A DNA stretch of 40,000 nucleotides, taken from assembly GCF_003611465.1 (NCBI RefSeq), contig NZ_RAXV01000034.1:1-40000 (forward strand). Direction: 5' to 3'. The notes below the pieces were generated by a model. The model made no database searches. It was given only the letters and a program-made list of their open reading frames with translations, and was not told where the DNA came from. This document shows, one piece after another, positions 39,399 through 40,000 of the stretch. The position numbers and the translations under genes were made by a program. The DNA is from Acinetobacter tianfuensis (GTDB lineage Bacteria; Pseudomonadota; Gammaproteobacteria; Pseudomonadales; Moraxellaceae). How positions within the stretch are numbered: position 1 is the first letter of the stretch; each line of letters starts with the position of its first letter.

Positions 39399-40000
39399 AT
39401 GAGTCGCGCCATATCGCATATTGATACTTTCCAAGGCTTAATTTTAGCCTTACAAAACTACTGGGCTGAACAAGGCTGTGTTGTTTTACAGCCTTACGAC
39501 ATGGAAATGGGCGCTGGTACATTCCACACTGCAACATTCCTGCGCGCTTTAGGCCCTGAAACTTGGAACGCGGCATACGTTCAGCCTTCACGCCGTCCTA
39601 AAGACGGCCGTTATGGCGAAAACCCAAACCGTCTGCAGCACTACTACCAATTCCAAGTGGTACTAAAGCCGAACCCAGACAACATCCAGCAGCTTTACCT
39701 CGACTCGTTAAAAGCAATTGGTATTGACCCGCTTGTACATGACATCCGTTTTGTCGAAGACAACTGGGAATCACCAACACTCGGCGCTTGGGGCTTGGGC
39801 TGGGAAGTTTGGCTCAACGGCATGGAAGTGACTCAGTTTACTTACTTCCAGCAAGTCGGCGGTGTTGAATGCTACCCTGTAACAGGTGAAATTACTTACG
39901 GCCTAGAACGTCTTGCCATGTACCTTCAAGGTGTAGACTCTGTTTACGATCTTGTTTGGACTAAGGGCCAGTTCGGTACAGTCACTTATGGCGATGTATT
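39399..40000 (+). CDS. glyQ: Glycine-tRNA ligase alpha subunit, 3' end off-window (alternative start 39393)
   Basis: Absent from the ORF track because it has no stop in the window. Translation [43 protein letters not shown]...[15 protein letters not shown]...[22 protein letters not shown] is near-identical in its blocks to E. coli GlyQ. Confidence 0.9.
   Translation, partial: MSRAISHIDTFQGLILALQNYWAEQGCVVLQPYDMEMGAGTFHTATFLRALGPETWNAAYVQPSRRPKDGRYGENPNRLQHYYQFQVVLKPNPDNIQQLYLDSLKAIGIDPLVHDIRFVEDNWESPTLGAWGLGWEVWLNGMEVTQFTYFQQVGGVECYPVTGEITYGLERLAMYLQGVDSVYDLVWTKGQFGTVTYGDV

Overview
The window looks like a gammaproteobacterial chromosome, probably Acinetobacter/Moraxellaceae. That assignment is inferred from the look of the proteins and from rluC-rne synteny; no search was run.

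Most of it is ordinary core or metabolic DNA:
- A broken Lrp/AsnC regulator, an AidB-like acyl-CoA dehydrogenase and a divergent TetR gene.
- katG, a DCC/DoxX-like pair, an MBL-fold hydrolase and an EamA transporter.
- A ~12.6 kb phenylpropionate/cinnamate degradation cluster (10345-22948). It fuses an E. coli-like hcaR/hcaEFCB-D operon with mhpB, mhpC and mhpDFE, and carries an OprD-type porin.
- A HAD hydrolase, rluC, and a long leader followed by rne (RNase E with a repeat-rich C-terminal half).
- A FATP-type acyl-CoA synthetase and three identical tandem tRNA-Lys(UUU) genes.
- A lipoprotein, pspC-domain, HPP-CBS, TauE and DASS genes.
- A radical-SAM/DUF4130 'DNA modification/repair' pair, and the 5' part of glyQ.

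The clearest accessory element is a strongly AT-rich two-gene cassette at 2929-4249, wedged between tetR and katG. It encodes a 309-aa soluble protein and an overlapping ~150-aa four-helix membrane protein. In size, architecture and several ordered motifs these resemble phage lambda RexA/RexB, an abortive-infection sensor plus membrane effector. Here they stand alone, with no prophage context.

I saw no CRISPR array, IS element, integrase or rRNA. All homology statements come from reading the translations and from memory of family motifs. None was checked by database search.
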